Assembly (NCBI GenBank): GCA_028534125.1
Contig: CM052817.1
Span: 68,140,001 to 68,204,000 of the forward strand
DNA length: 64,000 nt
Origin: Lama glama
Lineage: Eukaryota
Direction: 5' to 3'
Of this stretch, positions 1 through 12,984 are shown piece after piece; positions within the stretch are counted from its first letter, which is position 1, and each line of letters starts with the position of its first letter. The translations under genes and the position numbers were made by a program. The notes under the pieces were generated by a model, which was not told the DNA's origin, ran no database searches, and worked only from the letters and a program-made list of their open reading frames with translations.

Positions 1-599
1 TTTATAGTGGGTGAAGATCTGTCATTTATCTTTTAAGATAATTATACAAATTGTATTCAGCCCACATATCCTGAGTTGGAAAAATCATTTTTAATCTCTT
101 TTTCCTCATTTATAAACCTTGTCTAACAAGAGCTAACCACGATTCAGACTGGGTGGCACGAAGCGGGATTTTGTCAGTCTCTTTACAATAGAAAAGCGTC
201 TACTTTCCTCCGTGGGGGCTCTCTTTTCTTTAACAAGGGCCTACAAAACACTCTGCACATTCCCAGAGGTTCTGAGGATTTCCCCCTTGAGAAATCTCAG
301 TAAATACGATGAAAAACAACTTCAAAAAATTAATGAAAGCCCTTCACTATTTGCCTTTCTCCAGCCCCACCCCCCTTACCCCCATCCTTTCCACTTTCTG
401 CGCGTCTTTTCTCAGTTTCAAACATTTTTTCTTCCTCTTATTTTCCCAAGGTCAGTTGCCTTTTTCGGGCACTCCATCTGCTAAAGGGATGGAGAAAAGA
501 TCTTATACAGAAATCACATTCTGACTCAGTTCTTGTTTTCCCAGGGTCCAGGACTTGGGAGGACAGGGTTGGCACCGTGAAAGGACTGATTTCAGACAA

Positions 600-1382
600 G
601 GGCCAGCGCGTGGAGGCCTCTGTGGCCTTTCCCTCGTCCTGTGCCTGCTGCCAGACCCCTCTCCAACACCAACCCTTGTTTTCTGAGGAATGCGGGTCAG
701 GGTTCGGCGGGTATGATTTTAGTAAACAGTCTCTGAATGCTGTGTTTAGGGGCGGAAGCATGACTTTGAGTGCGGCACAGGAATCCTTAAAACGATTCTG
801 CACTCGCTGTTGTGATGTGAATGCAAATCCTCGGAGCCCCACGCTAGCTCCGCGGTCACGTGTGGGTGAGTCTAGCTGAAAGTCACGAACGCCAGCCCCG
901 TCTGCTCAGGGCAGCGGACCACAGCGCCGTGGCCCAGGGCACCTGTACACACCCACAGGCACACACTCACCCATAAGCCGTAGGTTACACACAAGCGTGC
1001 TTCCCCTCCTCCCTGCCTCACCTGGTTCACTTTCCTTTCCCTCTCCCCGCCCCCAAGCCCTCGCCCCACACAATGGATTTTTGTTTGCTCCTGTAGCACG
1101 TGAACGCAGTCCCTGCTTTGCCTAGCTCGCTGCAGCAGGTCTCTCAGGTAACAGGTGGCAGCTTCCCCTGTTGGATTCTAAGTATAAAAAAGAATGACCT
1201 CATAGGGGTGGAGCCCTGGGACTCCGTGGAGGTGGCAGTCACAGCCAGGTAACTCTGCAGCGAAGCCGGTTAGTTGGAAGGGGGCAGTTAAACTCTTCCA
1301 GCTGGTGGCTTTACTCTTCACCCTGAGGCCCTTTAGCAACCAGCCACTGCTCGCCGGCCTCTAGAACTTGCCTCTGCCGCTG
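600..1382 (+). promoter_or_regulatory. ARHGEF38: ARHGEF38 proximal promoter and 5' UTR
   Basis: Locally GC/CpG-enriched, repeat-free segment directly upstream of the ATG. TATAAAAA at 1183-1190, GC boxes (749-755, 1045-1054), CACGTG E-boxes (857-862, 1097-1102), forkhead-like GTAAACA (722-728) and TGTTTGC (1082-1088). The TSS cannot be fixed from sequence alone. Confidence 0.65.
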
Positions 1383-1578
1383 ATGGAGCCCAAAGAAGTC
1401 CCCGGGAAAGAAAACTTGGGCACCAAGAAAAAGAATCTACCCTTTCTGAGGTCCAGGCTCTATATGCTGGAGAGAAGGAAGACTGACACTGTGGTTGAGA
1501 GCAGTGTTCCTGGGGACCACTCTGGTACCTTGAGGAGGAGCCAGTCTGACAGGACCGAATACAACCAGAAATTACAAG
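1383..1578 (+). CDS. ARHGEF38: ARHGEF38 coding exon 1 (196 nt, ends in phase 1)
   Basis: Encodes MEPKEVPGKENLGTKKKNLPFLRSRLYMLERRKTDTVVESSVPGDHSGTLRRSQSDRTEYNQKLQ, recognised as the ARHGEF38 N-terminus. Donor CAAG|GTAATC at 1578/1579. Confidence 0.95.
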
Positions 1579-2794
1579 GTAATCGACAAGAAACCAATTG
1601 CCCCAGGGTACTGCACACCCAGCTCATTTTCTCCTACTCTTCCATTTGCAAAGAAAACATTTAAGGCAGAGGAGAAAATCTAATATTACCTCCTCTATAA
1701 GGAGGAAAATAAGAAATAAGAAAATGAAAGTAAATGGAACTCAGATATTATAGGAGAAATCTATCACATACTCCCGTAGTTAAAGAGCCAGTTCTGAATT
1801 ATTCCTAATATTGTCTAGTCATTTTTTTTTTCTGCTAGTTTCTCCCTTCCTTCTCCCTCCTCCACCCAATTTAAGAAATGGGAAGCACTAGAAAGCAAAC
1901 GATTTAGAAATCTACGAAAGATAGTTTATGTCAGGAGATAGGTGTGAGATGTCACACCATGAGATCTATCTAGGTAATTGTACTGAACTGTGATTGTGGT
2001 TATCTTAAATGAAGCTACAATCATGTCTGTGAAAAATAAGGCATGTTATAGTCACCAGGATGATATAACAGGATTTGCTGGAAATCACATAGGTGTTCAT
2101 TCCTTTAGAGTGAACTGAATAACATCCAAATATGGTAAGAGATGTTTAGCATGCTTAGATTGAATGACTTTTGAGGAAATAGCTTCAGTTTATTTTGTGA
2201 TGGTCCTAAGATAATTTGGCACGGTTATTATAACACATCTTGTTTCAGGCCCTGAATTTCTACCCCTTCCCATCTGCCCTTTCTTTTTCTTCTCCTTTTC
2301 TCTTGAAGGTCATTCGTTCTAGTAAACTTCATTTTGATGTGGATATTGTGCAAAGTTTTAAATATCCACTGCAGTACTCGTTATGTGATCCCTCAGAACC
2401 TGTCTCTCCCGCTTTGAGGCACACTATGTTTGAACTCTCCTAATCCCACTACGAGTTGTCACTCTGGACTGAAAAACTATGATGAAGCTAGAAGGACCAT
2501 CGGACAAGCTCGCACTTAGCAGGTCTCTTTCCTCAAAAAATGTGCTTGGACTTAGTTATGCAAATTAATTACATTAAATACGTTTAATTAAATGCATTTA
2601 AATGAAATTTTTAAAGATTCCTACTAGGAGTTAATGCTTTTAAAATATTCTGATAGCTCAGGATTAAAATGTAGAGTCCAGTCTTGTCCTTAAAGAATTT
2701 CTTTAAATGGAGAAAAGGGTATTGTTTGAGCTTTGAAATTAATTTTTCTCAAGGCCATGGATACATTGGAAAGAATGCAAATTTTAAAGTCATA

Positions 2795-3010
2795 CACATT
2801 TGGTTTCCCATCCTGACTCTTCTGTTTACTACCTATAAGACTTTGAGAAAATTGCTTAAAATTTCTGAGCTTCAGTTTCTCTATCTGTGAAAATACGATA
2901 ATGATAATTACCACATGGTGAAGTTGGGAGAATAAAATTAGGTAATTACATGAAACACCTAGTATATTAGCTGACATGTGGTGTGTGCTCTATAAATGGT
3001 CGTTATTTTT
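2795..3010 (+). mobile_element. MIR SINE
   Basis: MIR core-like 'actttgagaaaattgcttaaaatttctgagcttcagtttctctatctgtgaaaat...ataatgataat'. Confidence 0.7.
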
Positions 3011-4637
3011 AATTTTAGGAATGATGGTTACCATAATGATAGAACAGGACTTGCCCTTTATTAGTCCAAATTTACTAATCAGCTAATCTATTTCAACTCT
3101 TTTCTGTCCTTTGATGAAGAGACCACACATAAGAAATTCAGGAAACGGCCATTACTTTATCTGTAATAACATGTTTTTTCTGTCTGAGATTCACTAATTC
3201 AGTATCTTTTTGATCCAGATTTTCCATTAGCAAAATAAAAATGGAAGCTGCTTTTTGTTATTCACTTTCTAAACTTAACTAAAAAATAAGTCTGTGGTCA
3301 CGAAATACAGAAGAGTTTGTTGGTTACTTTGCGGAAGACCTCAGGCTTCTTATGTACTCCACTGGATTTGCGGTTTTCCTGTGTTCTGTTGGCTCCTGTC
3401 TTTGAAGACGGAAGGAAAGACTCAGGAGTTAATCCATGGTCCTAGAACTGTCTCTGCTGGAGAAAAATTGTCAGGGAGTGTGGAGGAGCACAGCAGAGCT
3501 GCAGAGATAGGCTGGCCTTCTGATAAGTAACATTCTTCAGATGTAGCTCGATAAGATCCAAGTCTGATACCTAATGCCTTATAGAGCTTTTAGTATGATT
3601 CTTCTGTAACTGCTCTGGCAACAGTAGAAGGCATTTTCTCATTACTGTTGGGAGCAAGCAGTTCTGTGTTTTGCACTCTGGTCTGTCCGATACCCATCAT
3701 CACACAGATGGGTCCTAAATTACCTTATGAGGTTCTTTATTATTGCAATGCCAAGAGTTTTAACTCTGCCTACCTTGGACCTGGTAGTTCCCTGGGAGGC
3801 ATTGAATAAAGACCTGAGCTGGTTAGAGCCCTCAGAGAGATGGCCCAGAGAGCAACTTCAAATTATTTAGTCCGTTGTTGTTCAGTGCTGTGTTGCCATT
3901 TGGGTTATACAATTCACTGCTCTGTCTCTGGAAGCAAGTTCTCTAGAGTTCTAAGATATGTAAGGTCTTTCTTTGGTGTCCCAGAGCTCACGTCTTTAAC
4001 TATACAGTCTACCCCTTCAATTCAATTTCTGACCAACGTCATCTTAATAATGTGAATCCTAAGTTGTAATTTAAAAAAAAGTTGGTACAGGAGGTAAGAG
4101 CTACTAAATAAACAGTAGAACATGGTTTTAATGAGCAGATCAGAAACCTTTGTAAAAGATTGTGATCACATCAACATAGTCATTCCTACTAAGCCCTAAG
4201 TTGTACAGTAACAGTTTGATGCCAGCCTGCTATTAGTGGCGTCTTCATTCCTTCAACAGACTTGTTCAGTTAACTGGCATTTATTGAATATGTTATATGG
4301 TGAGCAAAAAACAGAACGTGTACCAGGAATTACAACTACAAAATCATTAAGAAAAAAAGTGTCTGACTTTTACTCCAAAGGGGCCTGAAGTCTCAGGAAA
4401 AAATAAGACAGGTAAACAAATGCAGTAAAGGGGCAGGACAGAAGTAGAGGTGAGGTCAGTGTGTCCACAAGAGGAGGAAATGGTCTATTTATTCAGGGTT
4501 GGGCGGAGAGGTTGTGAGAACACTTTGCCTGTTCTTTGAGTATTAAGGAACCCCTTCCCATTTACCTGCCTCTATACTGCCTTTAGTGAAATGGGAAGTA
4601 CTTGTATCAGTAATGTGACATCATTACAAATAAGGTG

Positions 4638-5190
4638 TGTTCTAGAGTTTGAAGGGCAAATCTTTATAAAAAGTCAAGGCACTTTTAAAGCTAAGTAATT
4701 TCTCTCTCAGAAATCAATAGCTGGGTCTGTGAAATAAACTAACAACAGGCAGATTAACAGGAGGAAATGTATACATGTGTGTTGATTTGAATATTATGTG
4801 CCAGGGAGGCATCACAGGGAAAAAAAGTGAATACCTCAAAAAAGGTTAAGATTAGAGAGCTTATAAACTATCTTAATAGGGGAAAAGAAGGAGGAATGCG
4901 GTCCACTTGGGGGAGCATAAATAATTTTAGGAAAGATGAATGGGCCCTTAGAAGAATCTAGGGGAGAGGTAAGAGTTGGTGACTATCTGTGCCTGTCCGG
5001 CTGTGGTGTCAATTTTTAGTCTTCTGTCCTGTGACAGGAGTCAGTGTTCCCTGGCTGACAATTGAGCTTCCTTTGGAGACTCTGTCTTTAGGTGCAGAGA
5101 AAGCCTCTCCCTGCGTTTGCTGCTTTTCAAACGCTTTCAGCTCAAATAAGGTGGCAAAGCAGCAAATTTGGGGGACATGTCTTGGACTTG
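4638..5190 (-). mobile_element. ERV1 solo LTR (MER34-related)
   Basis: Shares motifs with the LTR at 6421-6992 ('ctgggtctgtgaaataaact...cagattaacagga', 'ttcagctcaaa...tttggggg'). Confidence 0.6.
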
Positions 5191-6420
5191 AGCTCCTGGT
5201 AGTAGAGCTTAGAGTTGATAAAGAACGCTTTAAATATTTGTAAAATTTAGTGCATCTCGTTCATTGACTTAGTAGGAATTTTATCTGTATGGTTTATCAG
5301 TTAATAAGAAGTCAAAGCATGTTGAGGTTTGCAATACTCGTTTTGTGATGTGATGACATTCCTCTGATACTATGATAAAACTTGACCTGCTGAATTTTTC
5401 ACTTTGGAATGCAAATCCTGTCTTTGGAATTATTGTGGCAGTCCTCTTCTGGCATGTTGTCGCTGTTCAATAAATACTATCTTTTGGTTTAATTGTCAGG
5501 GAACAAAATTACAAAGTTAGGTTAAGCAAACCTGCCCTATTGTAGTAGCTTAATTTCCCACTTCCTTGGGTATCTTGACATGGTTTCTTGAAGTTTATGC
5601 CTGTTGTCTTTTATTTGCATCTCAATAAAATTTACTATACATCCAAAAAAACGGAAAACCCTACTCTATAGTAGCGGGTGGTGGTAGTGGCGGTGTGTAC
5701 ATTTGCAAATGAAAAGAATGGAATCATATACTGGAAACAAGCAGCTCCTTACCTGGGAATTTCAGTAGGATTCTGTGAAGTAAGCCCGAATTGTGTCTTA
5801 AATGCAGCAGGGAAATAGAGGGTTAAGATTAAAAGCCTTTGCCCCAGGTTGTTCTGAACAACTTTTTTCTTGTAATGAGTCAGAGAATAAATGAATACTC
5901 TGTGATACCTGCACTGAGGCCCGTGACAGTGAATGTGACCTTGACTGACTGACATCCAGCTCTTAGAAGAAAATCTAAAGGTCATGTCATCTAGTTGCTG
6001 CTCTAAGTACACTGAGCCATTGTATGTGAGGGCACAGAAACTGTCTTTCCTGAATGCTTCCTAATGCTAGGTCTCCAATGTCACTACAAAAGCTGTCACA
6101 GATTTCTGCTTCTGTCTTTGTTGTGAAATAGTTGATGAAGACATTGTTTACCTCTCTCAGTGCCATCCAGTTTTACTCAAGAAAAAACTCTGGCTCCTCT
6201 CAAGAATTAGAATATGCCCCTCTTATAGATTAAAAAAACAAGCAACTTACTACATTTAGCTGTCTGGAGCTTAGAGTCAATTTTGTACTTAATGCCTGGC
6301 CTTTACATTAGCTGCTTTCCTTGCGTAAAAGTTTCTTCCCCAAATCCCTGCAAGTATAGATTCTCATCATTGGGATCTCTGCTCACTTTCTGGGAGAGTC
6401 CTCCCTGACCATCCTTCTAT

Positions 6421-6992
6421 TAGGAGAGGAAAGACTTTTCCATAATCCTTTTAGGTTCTCTGACTGGGACCTGTGAGTGAAACTCCCAAAGGACAGAATA
6501 ACAGGATAAAAAGCAATCACATTTTATTTGATGTTAATATTTTTGCATGGCACAGAGGGCTTCATAGAAAGAAGTGAAAATTTCAAAGCAGTTATACCCA
6601 GGGACTTATATACCGTTTTAACAAAGAGTGATAAATTGTGGAAATGTGGCAAGACAAAGGAAAGAGGGATTTGAGCTAGGGGTATTAACTTGTGAGAAAG
6701 TGAACAGGAAACATATGGGGGAAACTAATGGAATATAAGGGTTAGTTTAGTAAGGCTTCTGTATATAGACTCATCTTGGTATCAACTCCCTGTTTCCGGT
6801 GAAAAGAATTCTCTCCTCTTTCTGATGCAGGAAGGGCATCTTTCTCACAGGGAATTTATACCTTCCTTTTAGGTAGAAAGGGGGAGAGCAGAGGACCCTT
6901 CCTGAATCTGCTGTTTCTGAACTGCCTTCAGCTCAAAGTAATCAGCATGTCAAGGTGCCATATTTGGGGGTGGTATGTTCTGATCTCCTTCA
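6421..6992 (-). mobile_element. ERV1 solo LTR (MER34 family)
   Basis: Reverse complement begins TGAAGGAGATCAGAACATACCACCCCCAAATATG, the typical MER34-type 5' end. Confidence 0.75.
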
Positions 6993-7534
6993 GTGACTTT
7001 CACACCACATACTGCTCTCTGAAAGGATGCTATTCTATTCTATTTTTGCCCCCTCTCTTCCACTTGAATATAATTCTCCTTGGCGGATAGAGATTTAGTC
7101 TTATTTTAACACTTAAGCTGTGCCTGGTATAGGGTAGATGCTCAGCTCAAAGACTACTTACTCAATAATTAAAAAATATTCAATGACTAATTACAACTAT
7201 ATTGATCCTTATTGGCATATTGGCTTTTACAGCTCTGTGATTGCCATTTTCCCACTACTTAATTAAAGGCAATTTTTGAGTTAACTCCTCTAATTTCTTT
7301 TTCTGTAAAAGGAAAGAATATAAAGAAAAAAAGAAACAAGAAAATAGAATTTCTTGGTCAAAGAAATGAAATCTCAGTTTTAATGAATTGATTCAACAGG
7401 CATTTGCTAGGTGTTCATATGTGCCAGGTATTAACTAGAGCCTGAGAATATAAAAATCAACCAGAAGCAAACCCAGCCTATTGAGCGAGACAGGCAGTGA
7501 ACCAATAATTGTAGCCTAAGTGCCTGAAATAAGG

Positions 7535-7955
7535 GTGCAGGTTGGCTTCCTGGGTTGCAGATTCTGAGATGGAAATTTGGGTGCAGGAGGTTTATTAGGG
7601 AATGTTCTTATAATCACAACCAGGGGAAGAGAAGAGAAGAGCAGATGATGGGGAGAGAGAGAGGTTGCCCTGTGATATGGTCTCAGTGGAAGACTTGGCC
7701 AACTCTAAGGCAAGTTCTGAAGATGAGGTGATCCTTTGGAGTTGTCCCAGTGGTGTGAAGGACCTGGACTCCTATATCAGCCTTCAGGTTATTGGATGGG
7801 GCCACCGTGGGAAGGGGGCATGACCTGACAGGTGCTCTCATCTGAGATAATTCCTGAAAAGGGGCTGTCGGCTGGTGACGCTCCCAGCAGTGGGGGCCAT
7901 ATGTCCTTTATTCCTGAAGGGGAACTGGTCAGCTCATCACAGCACCAGCTCCAAA
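7535..7955 (-). mobile_element. ERVL solo LTR (LTR16-like)
   Basis: 'caggttggcttcctgggttgcagattctgagatggaaatttgggtgcaggaggtttatt' is the reverse complement of an LTR16-type 3' end. Confidence 0.6.
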
Positions 7956-8199
7956 TTAGTGGTTATTATTATATTAGAGACACAAGTAAATCAAATATAG
8001 GGATTGTGATGAGAAAGAGTTTGTACCTCTAAGTGTCAAAACAAGAGATAGCTGAAATCTGAATCCTGAAATCCAGTTTGGATCCTTTTAGCAGCGTGCA
8101 GAGGGCATTCCAGATAGAGGGATTAAACATGTCCTAGTATGTGGAACAAAGCAATAAAGCTAGTTTTCCTGTTTGGGCTTCACAGGTGACAAAGATGGT

Positions 8200-8420
8200 A
8201 CTAATACCAGCCAGCATCTGTACTGGGCACGCAGGTACATTACATCACTCCATGCTCTTAACAACTTCGCTAAGAAGTTACTGTCAAATATTTAGGGATA
8301 ACAAATTTAAGGTTAAGGGAGGTATAAGCACTTGCTCAGTATTACACAGCTAGTAAGTGGTGATGTCAGAGTTTTACTGAGGTCTCCTTGGCTCCGAGGT
8401 CCATGCTTTTTCAAACACCA
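8200..8420 (-). mobile_element. MIR SINE
   Basis: 'cttgctcagtattacacagctagtaagtgg...' MIR core, reverse orientation. Confidence 0.6.
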
Positions 8421-9074
8421 TGCAGTCTCTATTGTCCTAAACTCCAGTTTTCAGTAGCACCTCTTTTGTGGTTTGTTTTTAAGGGATAGACTGATTCTGA
8501 TAAAATTTTGAACAATACTTAGAAATATCAAGAGACCCTTAAGTTCTATCAGTACACTTCACCTGCAGTCTTCAAATCAACAGTGACCAGCAAATAGTTT
8601 ATGCTTTTCAACAAAATATTTTATGTGAAGTTAGCAAGATATACCGTTGCCATGAACGAGGTGTGTACTTCCTAGATTCCCTAGAACATTCCACTCTGAA
8701 GGTACACATCTAGTGATTTGAACTATCTAGTCTTTAAAACCTCTTCCTCCTCACTAACTCTATAGCACACAGCAGGATGAGGGGGCCTGATGGGAAACTG
8801 AGTCAGAGCGTCAAACTATTGCTCCTCTGCATAATACTCCTCAGTACTTTTCCTTGTTCTCTAGCAGTGGTATCCAAAGAGAGGTTCAGGTAGCCCGGGG
8901 CATTTTTGAGACAATTCATTATGAAAAGAAAAAATAAGTTAGTTTTTAGTCTTATCCTTTGGAAATACCTATTTTTGTGTATTCTTTATAATGTATGTGA
9001 TATATTAATACTATGCAGGTATTAGAGGTACTTCCTCAAAAACAGGTCAGCTGACACATGAACAAAAACATTTG

Positions 9075-9440
9075 GGATGAAATTCTGCCATGTGCTACAA
9101 CAGGGACAAATCTTGAAGACATTATGCTAAGTGAAATTAACCAGACACGAAAGTACAAATATCATATGACTCCACTGAAAAGTGCTACCTGAAATAGTCA
9201 AATACATAGACGCAAAAAGTAGAATGGTGGTTGCCAGAGGCTGGGGGCAAAGAGGGGAAGGAAGTTAGTGTTTAATGGGTCCATAGCTTCAGTTTGGGGA
9301 GATGAAAAAGTTCTGGAGATGGATGGTGGTGATGGTCGCACAATAATGTGAATGTACTTAACGAAGCCAAATTGTACACTTAACGACAGTTAACAGGGTA
9401 AATGTTATGTTCTGTATATTTTACTACAATAAAAATTAAT
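9075..9440 (+). mobile_element. L1MB-type LINE 3' end
   Basis: 'cttgaagacattatgctaagtgaaat...gatgaaaaagttctggagatggatggtggtgatgg...aataaaaa'. Confidence 0.85.
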
Positions 9441-10977
9441 CAGGTTTGGAGACTCTATGTTATAATATTAAAATAGATATAAGACCTCTCATAATGTGAC
9501 TCTCTTTCCATCTCTGGCCTGAGGGACCGTTTTATTTCCGATTGTCTTGCCTTAATACCTGCTGTTTCCTCAGCCTAGAGTGTTGTCCCTCATCCTGGTT
9601 GCTTTATAAACTCCTATTCACCTTTTCAAGTCTTTCTTTCCAAGTTATCACACTCAAAATATATTTAAGTGTCATATCCTGTATACATTTCTCATATTCA
9701 TCATTTACATGTCAATGTCTCTTTCACTTGGTTGAACTTCTCCAGGACAGGAACATTTGTATTTTTAGCACCTAGGAAGAGATGGACTCCATAATCCTGT
9801 TTGTCATGTGAATGAGTGAGTAAATGAATGAGTGAGTAAACAATAAACAGATGGTGTGGCAGGTGTGCAGGGAACATCCAGAAGAGATACCTGGAGAGGC
9901 CCTTCCCCATGAGGGGTTCCTTCAAAGTGAGGTCCTAATCTCTTCACTGACCTTAGGGTCACAGCTCCTGAGTGTCTATCTAACTCAGATGAGGGAATTG
10001 CTTTTTAGTTTTTATCATATCTCATATTTCTCTTCTTCATATTGTGTTTTCTTGATCATCCTTTACAATTCTGCCATCATTTGCAAGGACATACAAGATC
10101 ACACAGACCTCCTCCTGGAGGACCTATAGGTTATCTCTTGAAATATCATCTTACATTTTTATAACCAGGTATAAAGAAATAAAATTATTTTTGTTCTCGG
10201 CTAATTGAAGATTCTAAGTAGAGTGATTTCCTCCTTTTTTTTGTTAACAAAACTTATACATCAAAAAATAGAAATGATGTATTTGAAAATATTCTCCTAG
10301 AGTTTAACTTGCTTGTTAATGTCACACCAGTCAAACATTTAGGATGGTCATTCTGTTACAATGGTGCTACTGGTTTTAAATATTCAAAACTTAATGGAAT
10401 ATTATTTAAACATTGCAATTATAATCTCATAGAGTGTGTTTGCTTCTTTCTCCTGAGCATTTCTGTGTGGGAGTGAAATATTAAATTAAGATGTGAAATT
10501 AGATTTCTTTTAATGAATACATTCTTGGAAAACAAACTCAATACTCCTCTGATGAAACTGAAGATTTGTTATTTTGCAGTTGCAAGAGCAATTGTTTTTA
10601 CATATTTGATTTTTCATATCTAGAATATAATTAACATATAATTATAGTTGAACTTTTCTTTCAATGAATCACAAATCAAGTAAGATTTTGGATTGAGATA
10701 AACCTACCAGAGAAGCTCAGGTCCTGCATCTTTTCTCTATATGTACTTATACATATGTACAAATTAACAACAACAACAAAATAATCATACCAAACAAAGC
10801 ACTCAAACCACAATTTGATATGATTTTCAAAATATTCTTCCCTATATGTATGTCTGTGCTCAAATTCTGGTAACTTTTCTTGTTCTCTGATTACATCATG
10901 TGTAGAAAGAGCCTTTCCAGATATTCACTGTGCATACTGTGTGCCTAGATACTACACAATTATGCATACTAACCCTA

Positions 10978-12618
10978 CAGGCATACTATATTTTCTCGTG
11001 CTTCACTCTCATGAGGTTTAAGGAAAGAAGGCATCTCCATAACATCAAAGTGCAAGGTGAAGCAGCAAGTGCTGATGTAGAAGCTGCAGCAAGTTATCCA
11101 GAAGATCTAGCTAAGATCATTCATGAAGGTAACTACACTAAACAACAGATTTTCAATTAGAGAAAACAGACTTACATTGGAAGAAGATGCTATCTAGAAC
11201 TTTCATAGCTAAAGAGGAGAAGTCAGTGCCTGGCTCCCAAGCTTCGAAGGACAGGCTGCATCTCTTGTTAGAAGCTAATGCAGCTGGTGACTTTAAGTTG
11301 AAGTCAATGCTCATTTACCATTCTGAAAATCTTAGAGCACTTAAGAATGATGTGTAATCTACTCCTGCCTGTGCTCTATCAGTGGAACAACAAAACTTGG
11401 ATGACAGCACATCTGTTCATGCCATGGCTCACTGAATACTTTAAGCCCACTCTTGAGACCTACTGCTCAAAGAAAAACATTGTTTTTTTCAAATGACAAC
11501 ACTCCTGTTCACCCAAGAGCTCTGATGAAGATGTACGATGAATTAATGTTGTTTTCAAGTCTGCTAACACAACATCCATTCTGCAGCACATGGATCAAGG
11601 AATAATTTTGACTTTCAAGTCTTATTATTTAAGAAATACATTTCGTAAGGCTATAGCTGCCATCGATAGCAATGCCGCTGACAGATCTGGGCAAAGTAAA
11701 AGAAAAACCTCTTGAAAGTTTTCACCATTTTAGATGCCATTAAGAACATTTGTGATTTATCAAAAGAGGTCAAAATACCAACATTCAAAGTAGTTTGGAA
11801 GAAGTTGATTCTAGCCTTCATGGATGATTTTGAGGGGTTCAATATTTCAAGGGAGGAAGAAACTGCAGATGCAATGAAAACAGCAAGAGAACTAGAATTA
11901 GCTGTGGAGCCTGAAGTTGTGACTGAACTGCTGCATCTCATGATAAATCTTAAACATATGAGGAGTTGCTTCTTACAGATGAGGAAAGAAAATGGTTTCT
12001 TGAGATGGAATCTACTCCTGGTGAAGATGCTGTGAAGGTTGTTGAAACGACAAGAAAGGATTTAGAACATTACATAAACTTAGTTGATAAAGCAGCACCA
12101 GGGTTTCAGAGGACTGACTAATTTTGAAAGAAGTTCTACTGTGGGTAAAATGCTATTAAACAGCATTGCATCTATGGAGAAGCCTTTTACGAAAGGAAGA
12201 CTCAATCAATGTGGCAATCTTCATCATTGTCTTATTCTAAGAAATTGCCACATTCACCCCAACCTTCAACAACCACCACCCTGATCAGTCAGCAGCAATT
12301 AACATCAAGGCATAAAGGCAAGACCCTTCATCAGCAAAAAGACTACGACCTACTGAGGCTCAGATGATGGTTAGCATTTTTTAGCAATTAAGTATTTTAA
12401 AATTATGATATGTGCATTTTTTAGACATAATGCTGTTATACACGTAAGAGACTACGATATACTTTTATTTACTGGGAACATAAACATAACTTTTATTTAC
12501 TGGGAACTAGAATTAACTGTGGAGCCTGAAAAAAAAAATCTGTGACTCACTTTATTGCAGTATTTGCTTCATTGCAATGGTCTGGAACTGAACCTGCAAT
12601 ATCTCCATGGTCTGCCTG
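10978..12618 (+). mobile_element. Tigger1 DNA transposon, internally deleted, with decayed transposase
   Basis: TA|CAGGCATAC left end and TCTGCCTG|TA right end. Transposase fragments '[36 protein letters not shown]' and 'FTILDAIKNICD...VWKKLI...DDFEGF' with stops and frameshifts. Confidence 0.93.
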
Positions 12619-12984
12619 TATACATGTATACTTTTGCATGGATTGCTGTTTTGTATATTCTGTTTGGAATCTGTGGCCTACAATAATTAAGCTGATTTAA
12701 AAGAGTCTGTTTCAACTGGTCATGAAGAAAGGCAACCTTCCATTTGTCTAAAATGTATAAAATTTGGAGAATGGTATACTCTATATCTAAATCAGCATAA
12801 TGGTTTTGGTAATAAAGAGAGAGGGGGAAAAAGCAATGACACTCAGATAATTTATCCATAAATTACTTTATCTTTACCCTGAATTCATGCACAATTGGCA
12901 AATATTTATCTATCTCTATATACATATTTTTAAAAGACAAGATGGGGCCAGTCCCCACTCCCATACTTGACTTCCCGCTTTCTA

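Noticed and set aside
1368..1382. In-frame upstream TTG/CTG extension of ARHGEF38
   Set aside because: It adds only up to five codons and nothing supports non-AUG initiation. The ATG at 1383 matches the known N-terminus.
4638..6992. Two same-orientation ERV1 LTRs as a possible provirus
   Set aside because: The LTRs are clearly diverged from each other, and the 1.2 kb between them has no gag/pol-like sequence or primer-binding site. They are independent solo LTRs.
10930..12284. Tigger1 transposase ORFs as a domesticated TIGD-like gene
   Set aside because: The N-terminus is deleted and there are multiple stops and frameshifts.
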